64,000 bases of DNA from an uncultured Nitrososphaerota archaeon (GTDB lineage Archaea; Thermoproteota; Nitrososphaeria; Conexivisphaerales; DTJL01): positions 1,945 through 65,944 of the forward strand of contig CAVYVS010000026.1 in assembly GCA_963772005.1 (NCBI GenBank), written 5' to 3'. The position numbers were made by a program, and so were the translations under genes. A model generated the notes under the pieces. It saw nothing but the letters and a program-made list of their open reading frames with translations. It had not been told where the DNA came from and ran no database searches. The first letter of the stretch is position 1, and every line of letters starts with the position of its first letter. Below are positions 1 through 11,100 of this stretch, piece after piece.

Positions 1-1005
1 ACGTCCGGCGGCGTCGAATGGGCCGTAGCTAAGGGCTACGGCTGGGACTCGGACGTCAGGCACGCCGAGGAAGGCGGGAGGCTGTCATGGGCGAAGCCTG
101 AGAAGGTCTCCCCCACAGCCATGAAGAGGGGGGCGGGCCAGCTGGGGACGCTGGGCAGCGGCAACCACTTCATGGAGATCGAGACAGTCGACAGCATATT
201 CGACCAGGAGGCGGCGAAGGCCATGGGCATAACGAGGAAGGACCAGATCCTCGTGCTCGTCCACACTGGGAGCAGGGGCTTCGGCCATCAGGTGTGCAGC
301 GACTACCTCCGCGTGATGGAGGTCCTGATGCCCAGGGTGGGGATACACCTCCCCGACAGGGAGCTGGCGGCCGGGCCGGTGAAGGCAAAGGAGACGGAGG
401 ATTACCTGGGCGCCATGGCCTGCGCTGCCAACTTCGCATGGGTGAACCGCCAGATGATCACCCACTGGGTGAGGCAGGCCTTCGAGAAGGTCTTCAAGGC
501 CGACGCCGAGAAGCTCGACATGCAGCTGATCTACGACGTGGCACACAACATAGTCAAGCTGGAGGAACACGACGTGGACGGCTCTAGGCGCAAGGTCTAC
601 GTGCACCGCAAGGGGGCCACGAGGGCTTTCCCGCCGGGCTCCCCACACATTCCGGAGGAGTACCGTAACATCGGGCAGCCGGTCCTGATCCCCGGGAGCA
701 TGGGGACTGCGTCCTGGGTACTGAAGGGGACGAAGAAGGCCATGGAGGCGAGCTTCGGCACCGCCGCCCACGGGGCGGGCCGTTTCATGAGCAGGTCTGC
801 CGCCAAGCGGGAGTACGGCTACGAAGAGCTCCTCTCGTCGCTGCAGCGCAGGGGGATACTCGTCAGGGCGGCCAGCAGGGAGACGGTCACGGAGGAGGCG
901 CCGGGGGCCTACAAGGACGTGGACAGCGTCGTCGAGGTCACCCATGCGGTGGGCCTGGCCGAGAAGGTCGTCAGGCTGACCCCCATAGGCGTCGTCAAGG
1001 GCTAG
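1..1005 (+). CDS. rtcB: RNA-splicing ligase RtcB, N-terminus cut by window edge
   Basis: Frame 1 is open from nt 1 (TSGGVEWAVAKGYGW...) and runs into ORF 121..1005. RtcB signatures GSGNHFMEIE, HTGSRGFGHQV, PGSMGT, AAHGAGR. TAG stop at 1003..1005. Confidence 0.93.
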   Translation, partial: TSGGVEWAVAKGYGWDSDVRHAEEGGRLSWAKPEKVSPTAMKRGAGQLGTLGSGNHFMEIETVDSIFDQEAAKAMGITRKDQILVLVHTGSRGFGHQVCSDYLRVMEVLMPRVGIHLPDRELAAGPVKAKETEDYLGAMACAANFAWVNRQMITHWVRQAFEKVFKADAEKLDMQLIYDVAHNIVKLEEHDVDGSRRKVYVHRKGATRAFPPGSPHIPEEYRNIGQPVLIPGSMGTASWVLKGTKKAMEASFGTAAHGAGRFMSRSAAKREYGYEELLSSLQRRGILVRAASRETVTEEAPGAYKDVDSVVEVTHAVGLAEKVVRLTPIGVVKG

Positions 1006-1043
1006 GCGCACCGAGGGTTTAATACGGCCGAAAGGAGAGTCCG

Positions 1044-1635
1044 ATGCCGAACATGGCGGAAGGCGAAGGGGAGCTCCCCGTCACGGATGCCGGTGGGGAG
1101 CAGTTTTCACGCAAGTTCGAGGGGCGCCTGGTCAGGCACCGGGTCCTGATCGATGACCCCGGGATGGCCGGCGAGCTTTCGGCCAAGGGTTACGGCGACA
1201 AGGGCGAGGGCCCCCTCTCCCTGAGGCTCTACGAGGCCCTCCACCTGATGCGGCTGGGCTGGCTCACAGTCAAGGGGCCAAAGCAGGTCGCCTCCACTTT
1301 CCAGGACGTCGTGAAGAGGTCCCTGGCGGAGGACGCCAAGGGCTGGACGAAGTTCCTGGTCTACAGGGACCTGCGGAGCCGGGGATACGTGGTGAGGGAG
1401 GGGTACGGCCTGGCGGCGGACCTGAGGATATACCCGAGAGGCGAATACGGGAAGAACCCGGCCAAGTACGTGGTCATCCCCATCAATGAGGGGGGGGACC
1501 TCAAGGTCCTGACCCTTCAGAAGATGATCGACGCCGTCTACCGGATGGGGAAGGAGCCGATCGTGGCCGTCGTCGAAAGACGCGGAGAAGCGATTTATTA
1601 TCAGGGCCTCGAAGATGGTGTTCGAGGGCCCTTGA
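1044..1635 (+). CDS. endA: tRNA-intron endonuclease EndA-like protein (N-terminal part of the 481-aa ORF)
   Basis: First ~195 aa of ORF 1044..2489 match archaeal EndA by eye (SLRLYEALHLMRLGWLTV, FLVYRDLRSRGYVV, DLRIYPRG, GKEPIVAVVERRGEAIYYQ). There is no in-frame stop. The out-of-frame TGA at 1633..1635 is used as a nominal end. Confidence 0.7.
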
Positions 1636-2489
1636 CCGCCTCAGGCTACATCTCCATCACCAGGCCGGTCAACTCTCTCATGATAGGCCTGGCCGTCCTC
1701 GTGGGGGAGGCCGTGGCCGTATCGACCATCAGGCTGGAACTGGCCACCCTCATGGGGTACCTCACGGGGGTCCTGATAACCGCCTTCTCGATGGTCATAA
1801 ATGACATGCTGGACTTCGAAGTCGACAGGGCCAACGCAGCGAAGAGGCCCCTCGTGGTAGGATCGGTCAGCATGTCCGGCGCGAAGATCCTCTCTGTGGC
1901 CCTCCTCCTGGCCGGCTTGGCCACCTCGGCCTACACTGGCGTCGCCACCTTCGCCATAGCGGCCATCTTCTCCGCCGTCGCCACCCTGTACAACTGGAAG
2001 TTGAAGGAGAGGGGCTTCTCCGGGAACGTGGCCGTCGCCCTTTCGATGATGATACCCTTCATCTATGGAGGGGTCCTGGCTCAGGGAGTCCGCTGGAGCC
2101 CCGTCCTCGACATGATGGCACTCACGGCCTTTCTCGCCGGCCTCGGCCGGGAAGTGATCAAGGGCATAATCGACGTCGAAGGAGACGCCCTGCGCAACGT
2201 CAGGAGCCTGGCGAGGTCGAAGGGTGACCGCTATGCCGGGGCGGTGGGGGCCGTATTCTTCCTCGCCGCCGTGGGGAGCAGCCTGGTGCCGCCTCTTCTG
2301 GTCATGACGTCGGCCTTCTACGACGTCGTCATCGGCGCCACCGACCTCCTCTTCGTCGGCCTGGCGCTGTTCGTGATGAGGAGCCATACCAAGGAGGACG
2401 CCCGCAGGGCCAAGAGGCTCGCCCTGCTGGGCATGTTCACCGGCATGGTGGGCTTCATCCTTCAGGGGCTCTTGGGGGGGACCGTATGA
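1632..2489 (+). CDS. UbiA-family prenyltransferase, DGGGP-synthase-like (C-terminal part of the 481-aa ORF)
   Basis: In-frame TTG at 1632, then ITRPVNSLMIGLAVLVG, Asp-rich NDMLDFEVDRANAAKRPL and GREVIKGIIDVEGD, and many hydrophobic helices. Length from the TTG (285 aa) is typical of the family. Confidence 0.75.
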   Translation: MTASGYISITRPVNSLMIGLAVLVGEAVAVSTIRLELATLMGYLTGVLITAFSMVINDMLDFEVDRANAAKRPLVVGSVSMSGAKILSVALLLAGLATSAYTGVATFAIAAIFSAVATLYNWKLKERGFSGNVAVALSMMIPFIYGGVLAQGVRWSPVLDMMALTAFLAGLGREVIKGIIDVEGDALRNVRSLARSKGDRYAGAVGAVFFLAAVGSSLVPPLLVMTSAFYDVVIGATDLLFVGLALFVMRSHTKEDARRAKRLALLGMFTGMVGFILQGLLGGTV

Positions 2490-2490
2490 G

Positions 2491-3659
2491 ATGATGTGGG
2501 TGGAGAAGCACCGGCCGAAGAAGGTGGCCGACATGGTGGGAAACGAAGACACCAGGACGCGGTTCGTTTCCTGGCTGGAGGGATGGGAGCAGGGGACGAA
2601 GCCGGCCCTTCTCGTAGGCCCCCGGGCACGGGGAAGACGACCCTGGTGGAGGCGGCGGCCTCGGACCTGGGATACCATGTGATCGAGCTCAACGCCAGCG
2701 ACCTGCGGACGAAGGAGGCGCTCAGGATGCGAATCGGTGCCCTCGCTTCGGCCAGCCTGGTCCAGGAGAAGCGCCTCCTCTTCCTTGATGAGGTTGACGG
2801 CCTCTTCGGAAGGGCCGACTTTGGCGGGCTCGAATTCGTGGTGGACTCGATCGGCGACCTCACCATCCCCCTCGCCATGGCGGCCAACTACGAGGACTCG
2901 GATCAGGTCAAGAAGCTCGCCAAGGCCTCCACCCTTATGCGGATGAGGCCGGTGTCCGAAAGGTTGCTGGAAATCTACGTCCGCCACGTCCTCGCCGCCG
3001 AGAGAGCCACCCTTTCGGACGAGGCCGTCACCGAGGCCGTGACTAGCGCCACCGGGGACGTGCGGGCGGCTGTGAACAACGTCCAATCGGCCTTCATGTC
3101 GGGAAAGCCCCTGCGTTCTATGAGGAACCGCATCCTCTCCCTGGCCGACGGAATAACTTTGGCGTCGTCGACGGCCGACAGGGAGGAGGCCGTCAGGGCC
3201 CTGCGGGACGCCGACGGCCAGCCCGACGAGAAGCTCATGGCCGCCTTCTCCACCATAATATCATCCGACCTGACGACGGAACGGAGACAGGAGGCCCCGA
3301 GGTCGCTGACGAAAGCCAACGAGCTCATGGGCGGGATCATGAGGACCCAGAGGTGGAGACAGCTGAGGTATTTCGACCGGCTCCTGGCCGACTCCCTCTT
3401 CGGCCTTCATTCCAGGTACATCGCCGAGGACCTCCCGTGGCCCGTGAAGCTTCGAATCTGGAACGACGGAAGGTACCTCAAGGGGCTTCGAATCGTACCT
3501 CGCCAAGGGAACCGCGTCTCCAGGGGGGACGCCGCCTCCTTCTACCTCCATGCGGCGGTACTGGTCTACGGAAGGGCGGGGACCCTGGCCAAGGTCTGCC
3601 TTGACGCCGGGTTTGACGAAAAGGTGGTCAACGCCCTAGAGAGGGAATACAAGCTGTAA
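2491..3659 (+). CDS. rfcL: Replication factor C large subunit, one frame disruption
   Basis: MMWVEKHRPKKVADMVGNE in frame of 2491, then PPGTGKTTLVEAAASDLGYHVIELNASD and LFLDEVDG in frame of 2496. The switch is at the C5 run 2619..2623 (GPPGTGKT needs C6). Confidence 0.85.
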
Positions 3660-3681
3660 TCAAGGGGCTGGGCGCATAGGC

Positions 3682-4403
3682 TTGCCGGAGCAGAAGCTCG
3701 GGATAGTCTGCGACGAAAGGGAGCGGGCGAAGCGGCGTCCCGCAGGAGCTCATGGAATTGGGCGTGGAGGTGGACTTCAGCCAGCTGAAACTTGGCGACT
3801 ACATCCTGTCACCCAGCACGGCAGTGGAGAGGAAGAGCGTGAGGGACTTCGTTTCGTCCCTCTACGATGGAAGGCTCTTCAACCAGGTCAACGAGCTCAC
3901 CAGGACCTTTCCAAACGCCTTCGTCCTCGTGGAGGGAGACCCGGGCGAGATCTCGATGATCTCCCCGAAACCCCAGCTCCTACTACGGAGCGATGGCTGC
4001 CCTGACCCTTACGTTCAACGTCAAGACCCTCTTCACCCCCTCCCCGCGCGATACGGCCCTGGCCCTGTCGGCCATGGCCGGCCGGTTGAGCAGGAAGGGA
4101 GAGGGCAGGCCCGTTGTGATCTACCAGCCGCCCGTCAAGAGCGTCGAGCTCCACAAGGCCCAGGTGTACATCGTATCATCCGTCCCTGGGGTCGGGCCCA
4201 ACCTTGCGAAGCGCCTCCTGGAGCGGTTCGGGACGCCCAGGGGCGTCTTCACGGCGTCGGTTCCTCAGCTGGCCATGGTGCCGGGGGTGGGACGTGCCAG
4301 GGCAGAGAAGATCGCCAGGGCCCTCACGTCTCCTTTCAAGGGGATTGCGGAGGAGGCCTCGGCCTCCCTGGACCAGGGAGAAGGCCTTCAGCCCGACGGC
4401 TGA
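3682..4403 (+). CDS. xpf: Short XPF/ERCC4-type nuclease with C-terminal HhH2, two frame disruptions
   Basis: ERCC4 motif GDYILSPSTAVERKSVRDFVSSLYDGRLFNQ...VLVEGD. HhH2 VPGVGPNLAKRLLERFG / VPGVGRARAEKIARAL. Pieces lie in three frames (3682, 3752, 3993), with switches near 3735 and 3975. Confidence 0.85.
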
Positions 4404-5676
4404 TCTATGCTGCCCGCCGCCCCGGACGCCTGGGACAGGAGGCCCTCTATCCCGCTGCTGTACTGGAAGGCCTTCTTCGGGGCGCCCACGATGGAAGGAG
4501 GGAGCTCCATCCTCTCGCCAGTTCCCTGAGGACGACCTTGCGCTCCCCGTGGGAGATCAGGAAGCTGGGGGGAAGGCTGAAGGCGAAGCGCGCCAGGGAG
4601 AAATCGGCGTATGGGAAGAAGGGCTCGCACCCTCCGCGCGAGATGGCCAGCTCGTCTCGCCTCAGGCCCGCTTCGAGGCGCGGCAGCTCCTCCAGCAGCC
4701 TGGACTTCAACGAATTGATGTCGGCCTTGGCCATCTCAAGGTGCCGGTTGTAGCCCCCGAATATCTCGTCGGCGCCCTGGCCGGCCACCAGGGCTCCATC
4801 CCTTGGGCCTTCGCCTCCGCCGACAAAGGAAGAAGCCGGCGGCCAGCGACCTATCCATCAGGGAAGATCCTTTCGAGGGGAGAGCCTGCACCAGGGCCCT
4901 GTCCAGGTCTCCCCTGCTCACCCTGACGGCGTGCAGCTCCAGGCGAGACCATCCCGCCGCCGCGGCAGCGGCACCCCCGGCGTCCCTGGACCCGTCGGTG
5001 GAGACCGACACGAGCAGGACCTTGCGACCCTTGAGCAGGCGGCGGCCGGCGCGGAGCTGTCCAGCCCTCCGAGAAGGCCACCCCCACCGACTTGGCCCCG
5101 CGGAGGCGCAGCTTGACCGACTCCTTCAGCAGCTCCCCCACTCGGGCCCGCGGCCTGGCCCAGGCTCCTCGACGAAGGTCTTGCGCCGGACCTGCGGGGC
5201 GTACTCCTGCGCGTCCGAATGCCCCTCCCCTCAGGACGACCAGGAGGCCGGGTCGCACCGGCTCCCAGGGGATGGAGAGCGCCTCCAGAAGCGCCGGGAC
5301 CGTCGAGACGACTGAGATGCCTTCCGAAATTCCCTGGTAGAGGGGCCTCCCTCCCACGGGGTCCCTGGCGGCCATGACGGAGCCGAGGCAGTCGGCCACG
5401 AATGCGAATTCCCCGGAGGGGTTCTTGGAAAGGCTCGCCTTTAGGTCATATGACTCCGATATGTCCGTCTCGCATACGCCGTGGACGAAGACCGTGCCCG
5501 GGCCCCTCCGTCGTCAGGCCGCCCATGGCCGCGAAGCTGCCGTCTTCGAAGCCACGCGTCTGGAGGGCGAGGGTTCCGTTCCTTTCCTTCTGCAGCAGCC
5601 GCCCGAGCCCGGTCAGGTCGACCCCGTGCCCCGGGGCCGTGCTTATGCCGAAGACCGCCGAAGCCCTGCGGTACAT
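4388..5676 (-). pseudogene. Asparagine-synthase-like gene split over at least five reading-frame segments
   Basis: Segments MYRRASAVFGIS..., ARDPVGGRPLYQG, VGELLKESVKLRLRGAKSVGVAFSEG, VSVSTDGSRDAGGAAAAA, GQGADEIFGGYNRH and GAPKKAFQYSSG appear in order but in different frames. No N-terminal Cys nucleophile. Confidence 0.6.
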
Positions 5677-5680
5677 CCCA

Positions 5681-7850
5681 TCAGCTCCTCATGCTCGACA
5701 CCAGGTCCTCTGACTGCTTCTTTATGCTGGCGGCTACAGTCTCCCCGATGGCGGGGACCCGGCTCAGCTCCTTGACGGAGGCCGTGGCTACGGACGATAT
5801 GGTCCGGAAGTTCGCCTGGAACAGGTTCCTCGCCCTCACCCTGCCTATCCCTTTGAGCTGGACCAGAGGAAGGAGCTCCGCCTTGCAGCCGACGTCGATG
5901 CGCGTCCTGAGGAGGGAGAGGGACTGGGCAGCGTTCTTGTGGCCGACGAGCTTGGCCAGCTCCCCGAAGGCGTAGGCCAGCCACTCGGCCACGTCCACGC
6001 TCCTGTGCAGGTCGCCCGGCTCCACGCCGTAGGCGTCGAGTATCTTGTCTTCGCTCCATTCGTTGATCCAGGCGTGGAGCACCAGGAGGCTCCTGAAGCA
6101 CTCGTTGAACCCGGACTCGAAGTCTTCGGGATCAGACAAGGAGGGGCCGAACTCCTCCGTGAAGGCCTCGGCGTCTCCCTGGTCCTTCGCCCTCAGGGCC
6201 AGCTTCGGCTCGTAATCGGGGACCATGGTGATGAGCTGGAGGAGGCCGGGGGCCATGTCCGCCGCGGCGTCCGTCCTCTCCTTCAAGGCCCTGATGAACA
6301 TGAGGCCAGACTCGGGGTCGATGTAGAGGGTCGAAATCCTCTTCCCCAGCTGGGTGGCCTTGACGTCCTCCCCTTCGATCTTGACCAGCTCGTTGCCCTC
6401 GAGGTACCTCAGGGCGCCGTCAAGGCGAGAGAGGACCGAGAACTCCTTGTACTGCTGGGCGAGCAGGGTAGAGAGGAAGAACTTCTTGAGCTGCGCGACC
6501 GTCGAGCGCGGCGTCGAGGCGATGACCCCCAGCGTATGGGTACGGAAGCTGCTGGGGGAGGCCAGCTGCGACCTCAAGGGCTCGGGCTGGCCCCTGATGT
6601 ATGCCTCCATGATGGCGTCGGACTCCTCCTGGCTCTGGGCGATGGTTACCGCCTCTCCGTACTCGTCATACTTCGGCCGCCCGGCCCTCCCGCACATCTG
6701 CTTGTAGTCCATGACGCTGATGGGCCTGTTCTCCCCGAAGCCCGCGTCGTATCTGTAGAGTGAGGAGAGCACGACCCTGCGCGCGGGGGTGTTGATGCCG
6801 CTCGCGAGGGTCGGAGTCGCCACCAGTATCTTCACGAGCCCCTCCTTGAAGGCCGCCTCCACGGCCCTCCTGTGAGGCATGGCCAGGCCGGCGTGATGGA
6901 AGGCCACGCCGCCGCCGATACATTCCGCAAGGACGCGGCTCACCTCCGTCTCCTCCGCCTCGGTCATCACCTTCTTCGCGTACTGCCTCAGCTTGGCGCT
7001 CTCGTCGAAGGAGAGGTTCTTGGCCATGTAGCGGGACGCCTTGGTCGCGATGCTCACGGCCCTCCTCCTGGTCTCGGCGAAGATGAGGGCCTGCCCTCCG
7101 TCCGCGACGCAGTCGAGGGCCAGGTCGATCGCTGGCATCTCCCACGACGACTTGAGCTGACGCACTCCGCCGTCTTCAAAGTAGATTCGGTTCTCGTAGC
7201 CGACCCCCTGCCTGAGCGGCACGGGCCTCCAGACCATGGAGACCGACTTCGCCCCCAGCCACTTGGCCACCTGGTCGGCGTTGGCGACGGTGGCGGAAAA
7301 GGGCCAGGAGCTGGGCCCTCGCCCCTTCTGCGAGGACCCTGGTTATGACGACTTCGAGGGTGGGTCCCCTGTCGGGCTCGCCCAACAGGTGCACCTCGTC
7401 GAAGATGAAGAGCCCCACCTTCTTCATCCAGGAGGGGCGATGGCGCGCCAGGGAGTCGAACTTCTCGTTGGTGAGGATGAGGAGGTCGGCATAGGCTAGC
7501 TCCTCTCCATTAGAATCATAGTCGCCGGTCGAAATGGAGACCCGTATGTTCCTCCCCGAAGGCCCCTTGAGCTCCGACAGGGCCGACATCTCTTCGTACT
7601 TTTCGTAGGCCAGGGCCCTTAGGGGTGCCAGGTAGACGACCTTCCCCTCCTTCTCCGTGAGGAGCCGGGCGGCTGCCATCATGGCCACCAAGGTCTTGCC
7701 GCTGGCCGTGGGGGTCGAAAGGAGGAGGTTCTGGCCGTCGAGGAGGCCCGCGTTGACGGCTTCCTCCTGGGTGGGATAGAGCTTGGAGTAGCCCAGTCGG
7801 GAGAAAAGGTCCCTGACGTCGTCCGAAAGCGGAAGCTCATGGACTTCCAT
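5681..7850 (-). CDS. hel308: Hel308/Ski2-type DNA helicase, one frame disruption
   Basis: MEVHELPLSD..., Walker A TPTASGKT, DEVH, SATVANADQVAKWLGA restored by a frame switch at A4 7296..7299, HHAGL, C-terminal LVQLKGIGRVRARNL. An alternative GTG start lies at 7871. Confidence 0.88.
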
Positions 7851-8100
7851 CCCAATCGCCCCCCTCCACAACCAACAGCAGGGAGTTAATAGAAATCGCG
7901 GTCCGAGCCCCTACACCCCACGAGGGGCAGTCGCGTCGCGTGTCTCAGGATGAGCGAAAATCCGGCGAACCCGGAGAGCTCCGCATTGGAGCCGACGACG
8001 GAGGCCCGAGCTGGCCTGGGAGCTCGCCGCCCTGAGGGACTTCAACAGGTTCGCCTGGAGGAAGGAAGGGGCTATTGAAGGGGACCCGTGGCTGGGCTCT

Positions 8101-11100
8101 TCAGGATATCTTGCCGTAGTAGCCCGACCGGACCTCGTAGATCTGCCCCAGCTTGTAGAGCGTGGAGATGACGCGCCTTGCCTCTTCGGCGCTGAAGTCG
8201 CCGGTCTTGACCAGCTCGTCCACGAAGACCTTGGCCTCGACTGGCTTCTGGTCCGGGCCATAGAGCTGCCTGAAGACGTCCATGGCCTTCTCGAGGATGT
8301 TGCGTTCGCTGGCCGGCCTTCCCTGGAGGACGCCGAGGTCAACCTTGCCTGTGCGCACGTCTATGCCCACCGACTCTAGCATCTTTCGCATGAGGGCGAT
8401 GGCCTGGAGGGCATCCTCGACGGTGACCTTCTCCCTGAGGAAGAGCCTGGCCCTGGCGGTGGAGAGCCTGATGAGACCCTCCAGCTGGCGTGGGGTGATG
8501 GCGATGGTCCCCTCGGTGGAGGCGCTCCGGAGGTCCAGGTAGAACTGCAGGAGGCGCTCCTGGGCCTCCTTGGTGAGCTTGGGCTGAATCTTCTTAGCGT
8601 AAATGAGATACTTCCTTAGCATGGCGAAGTCGAGGGGCGGCTGGACGAGGAACGCCTCGGACCGGTGGGTCTCGAGGATGTGGGATGCCAGCTTCTCGTC
8701 CTTGGCCCTGTCCGGGATGTCCCTGATGATGAAGACGAGGTCGAACCTGGACAGCAGCGGGGTGGGGAGGCTTACGTTCTCATAGATGTTCTTGTAGGGG
8801 TCGTACTTGCCGAAGACCGGGTTGGCGGCGGCGAGGATGGAGGTGCGGGCGTTGAGGGTGGCGACGATGCCGCCCTTGGCTACGCTGACCGTCTGCTGCT
8901 CCATCACTTCATGGAGGACGCCCCTATCCTCCGCCCTCATCTTGTCGAACTCGTCTATACAGTTGTGAACGATCACCCCATTCGCAACGAAATTGGGCGC
9001 TCCCTCCATCACTAGGTCGTAGACAGGTCCTTCGTATGGAATCTCCTCAATTCCGACGATTTCGTCAAGGAAGTACTCCTTCTTCACGAGCGCCTCGAGC
9101 TTGCGGAGTGCCGAGGCTGGAACGTCTTGATGGCGCTGGAATACCTTGAGCACCTGGCCCACCGATGGTTGGCGGACCAAGTTCCTGTAGCTGTATATGG
9201 TCGACCAGGTTCCTTCCTTCAGAAACTCCTGTGTGGGACCGCCGCCAAAGGCTTCGTCGAAAAGCGCCTGCACGACCTTCGCTGGGGCCTTCTCGGAAAT
9301 GCCGGATACGTCGTGAAGCTTCTCGCCCGGAACCTTGCCTCCCTTCAGCGAGTAATCCTTCAACTCCTCGCTGAGGCGGGCGACGTCTGACCTCGAGCTC
9401 ACTACCACGACGCCGACCCCCTGCCTGACTCCGGCATAGTGACCGACCACGCCGAACCGCCGAAGGGCCAGAAGGAGGTTCAGGTTGGTGTCGGCATCTG
9501 AGCTTATTTCGTAGACGGCGTTCCAAGTCTGGTAACTCACTCCATCTTTGGAGCAGGTCTTCCTCCCGATGTAGCCATCGGAGTCCATAAGCCCAGCCAG
9601 GAATCCGCGCATCGCCTCGTCCGGCAGAGTGAGCACATTGGCCAAAGAGTTGGCCGTCAGGTACTCGTAGAGCCGACCGAAGACCCTCTTGCCAACGCTC
9701 CAGTCGACCCGCTCGCCAATCGTTTCATGGCCTTCAGTCCTGAAGACGGAGGGGCGCCTCCTGAAGGAAAGTGCCCCGAATATCCTCTCCCAGTACGCTT
9801 GGAAGTGGTCGATGTATTGCTGGTGCTTGGCGGACTGGGTTACGACCATCTGAGCTCTCCTCTTCGAAATCTTCACGGCTGCGTCGCCCTTGACGAAACC
9901 GCAGACATACGCAAGTTCGGGAGTCAGCGTCGATGTTCTGACCTCACACCGATCGTATGTGTAAGTCCGTGCCTTCCACTCTGCTGCAACTCCGAGGGCG
10001 GAGGTCAGCTTCTTCAACTCACCGAGAGTGGGCTGAAGCCTCGAACGATAATAGTTGGGGATGCGAGGCAGGCCAAGCCCGCGCGCTGCGTCTGCCAGCG
10101 TGCTGTAGCTGGACAGGATCAGATCTCTGAGCGCGGTCTTCTGCTCACCTGTCAGGGAAACAACGCATTCGTCCGGGAGAACGTCCCACAGAAAGAGCTG
10201 GTCATAACGAGGACCCGGGATCCTCAGAGGCGCGGTGACGTATTCGCCCACCGAGAACGATCCAGCATGCTTCCACTCTAGGCTGTTCCCGTCGAGCAGA
10301 AGGTGATCCTTGGTCACTTTGATGGTATTCCCCGATCTCATGATCAGTTGGATCAGCCGCACCCAGTGCATGCGCCGGCGAATCTTGGTCGAGCGGTTTG
10401 CCTTCATCGAGTAGTCCGATTGATCGAGCGAAGCCAGTTCGCCAGGAAGGATGCCGACCTCTTGTGCCGACTCACCTTGACCCACCTTTGAGTAGGTCAC
10501 CCCTTTCTGCAGCTCATCGACGCTCAGAATCTTGTTGTCGAACACCAGGCGAGTGTCCGGGTGTAAACAAGCGACTCCTTGATCCGCGAGAACTACAGCC
10601 CCGGCCTCCAGCATCATCAGGCCGGACTTTTCCTTCACAACTGCAGCCGTGAGACCAGCCGCCGTGGACCCCCTTCCGGTTGTGTAGAGCCCTCTCGGGG
10701 CGATGCGGGCGACGTACTTCAACAGTTCACTCTTCGCCGTGTTATGTGAAACGATGCCGTTTGCGATGAACCTGTGCCCATCAGGGACTTCGATATCGAA
10801 AACATCTTCTGGAGGGTGAAGGATTATACTAACGATGCGTTCGCTCATTTGCCTCCTGAATCGCCCGAAGGACTTCGCGTCCTCCGCGAGACTGTTCAGG
10901 AGGTCGCACTTCTTTTGTGAAACAAATCCGACCTTGTTGCGGAACGCGATGATATCCCTCCCTCTCCTGATGAGGAGAGCGTTTCCAACGATTCTTGAAT
11001 GAATCCCAAACCGCAGCAGGAGCAGTTGTACGTCCCTGAGCAGCTCGATGTCCTTCGCCTTCAGGCCCACGGCCCTCCTCCCCCTTCCCTTGTTGAAGAC

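Noticed and set aside
7872-8100. A 230-nt gap between hel308 and the mcm stop, examined for a small gene or ncRNA.
   Set aside because: It holds only a 46-codon ATG ORF with no features. I could not recognise a convincing stem-loop architecture, C/D-box arrangement or known RNA motif by eye.
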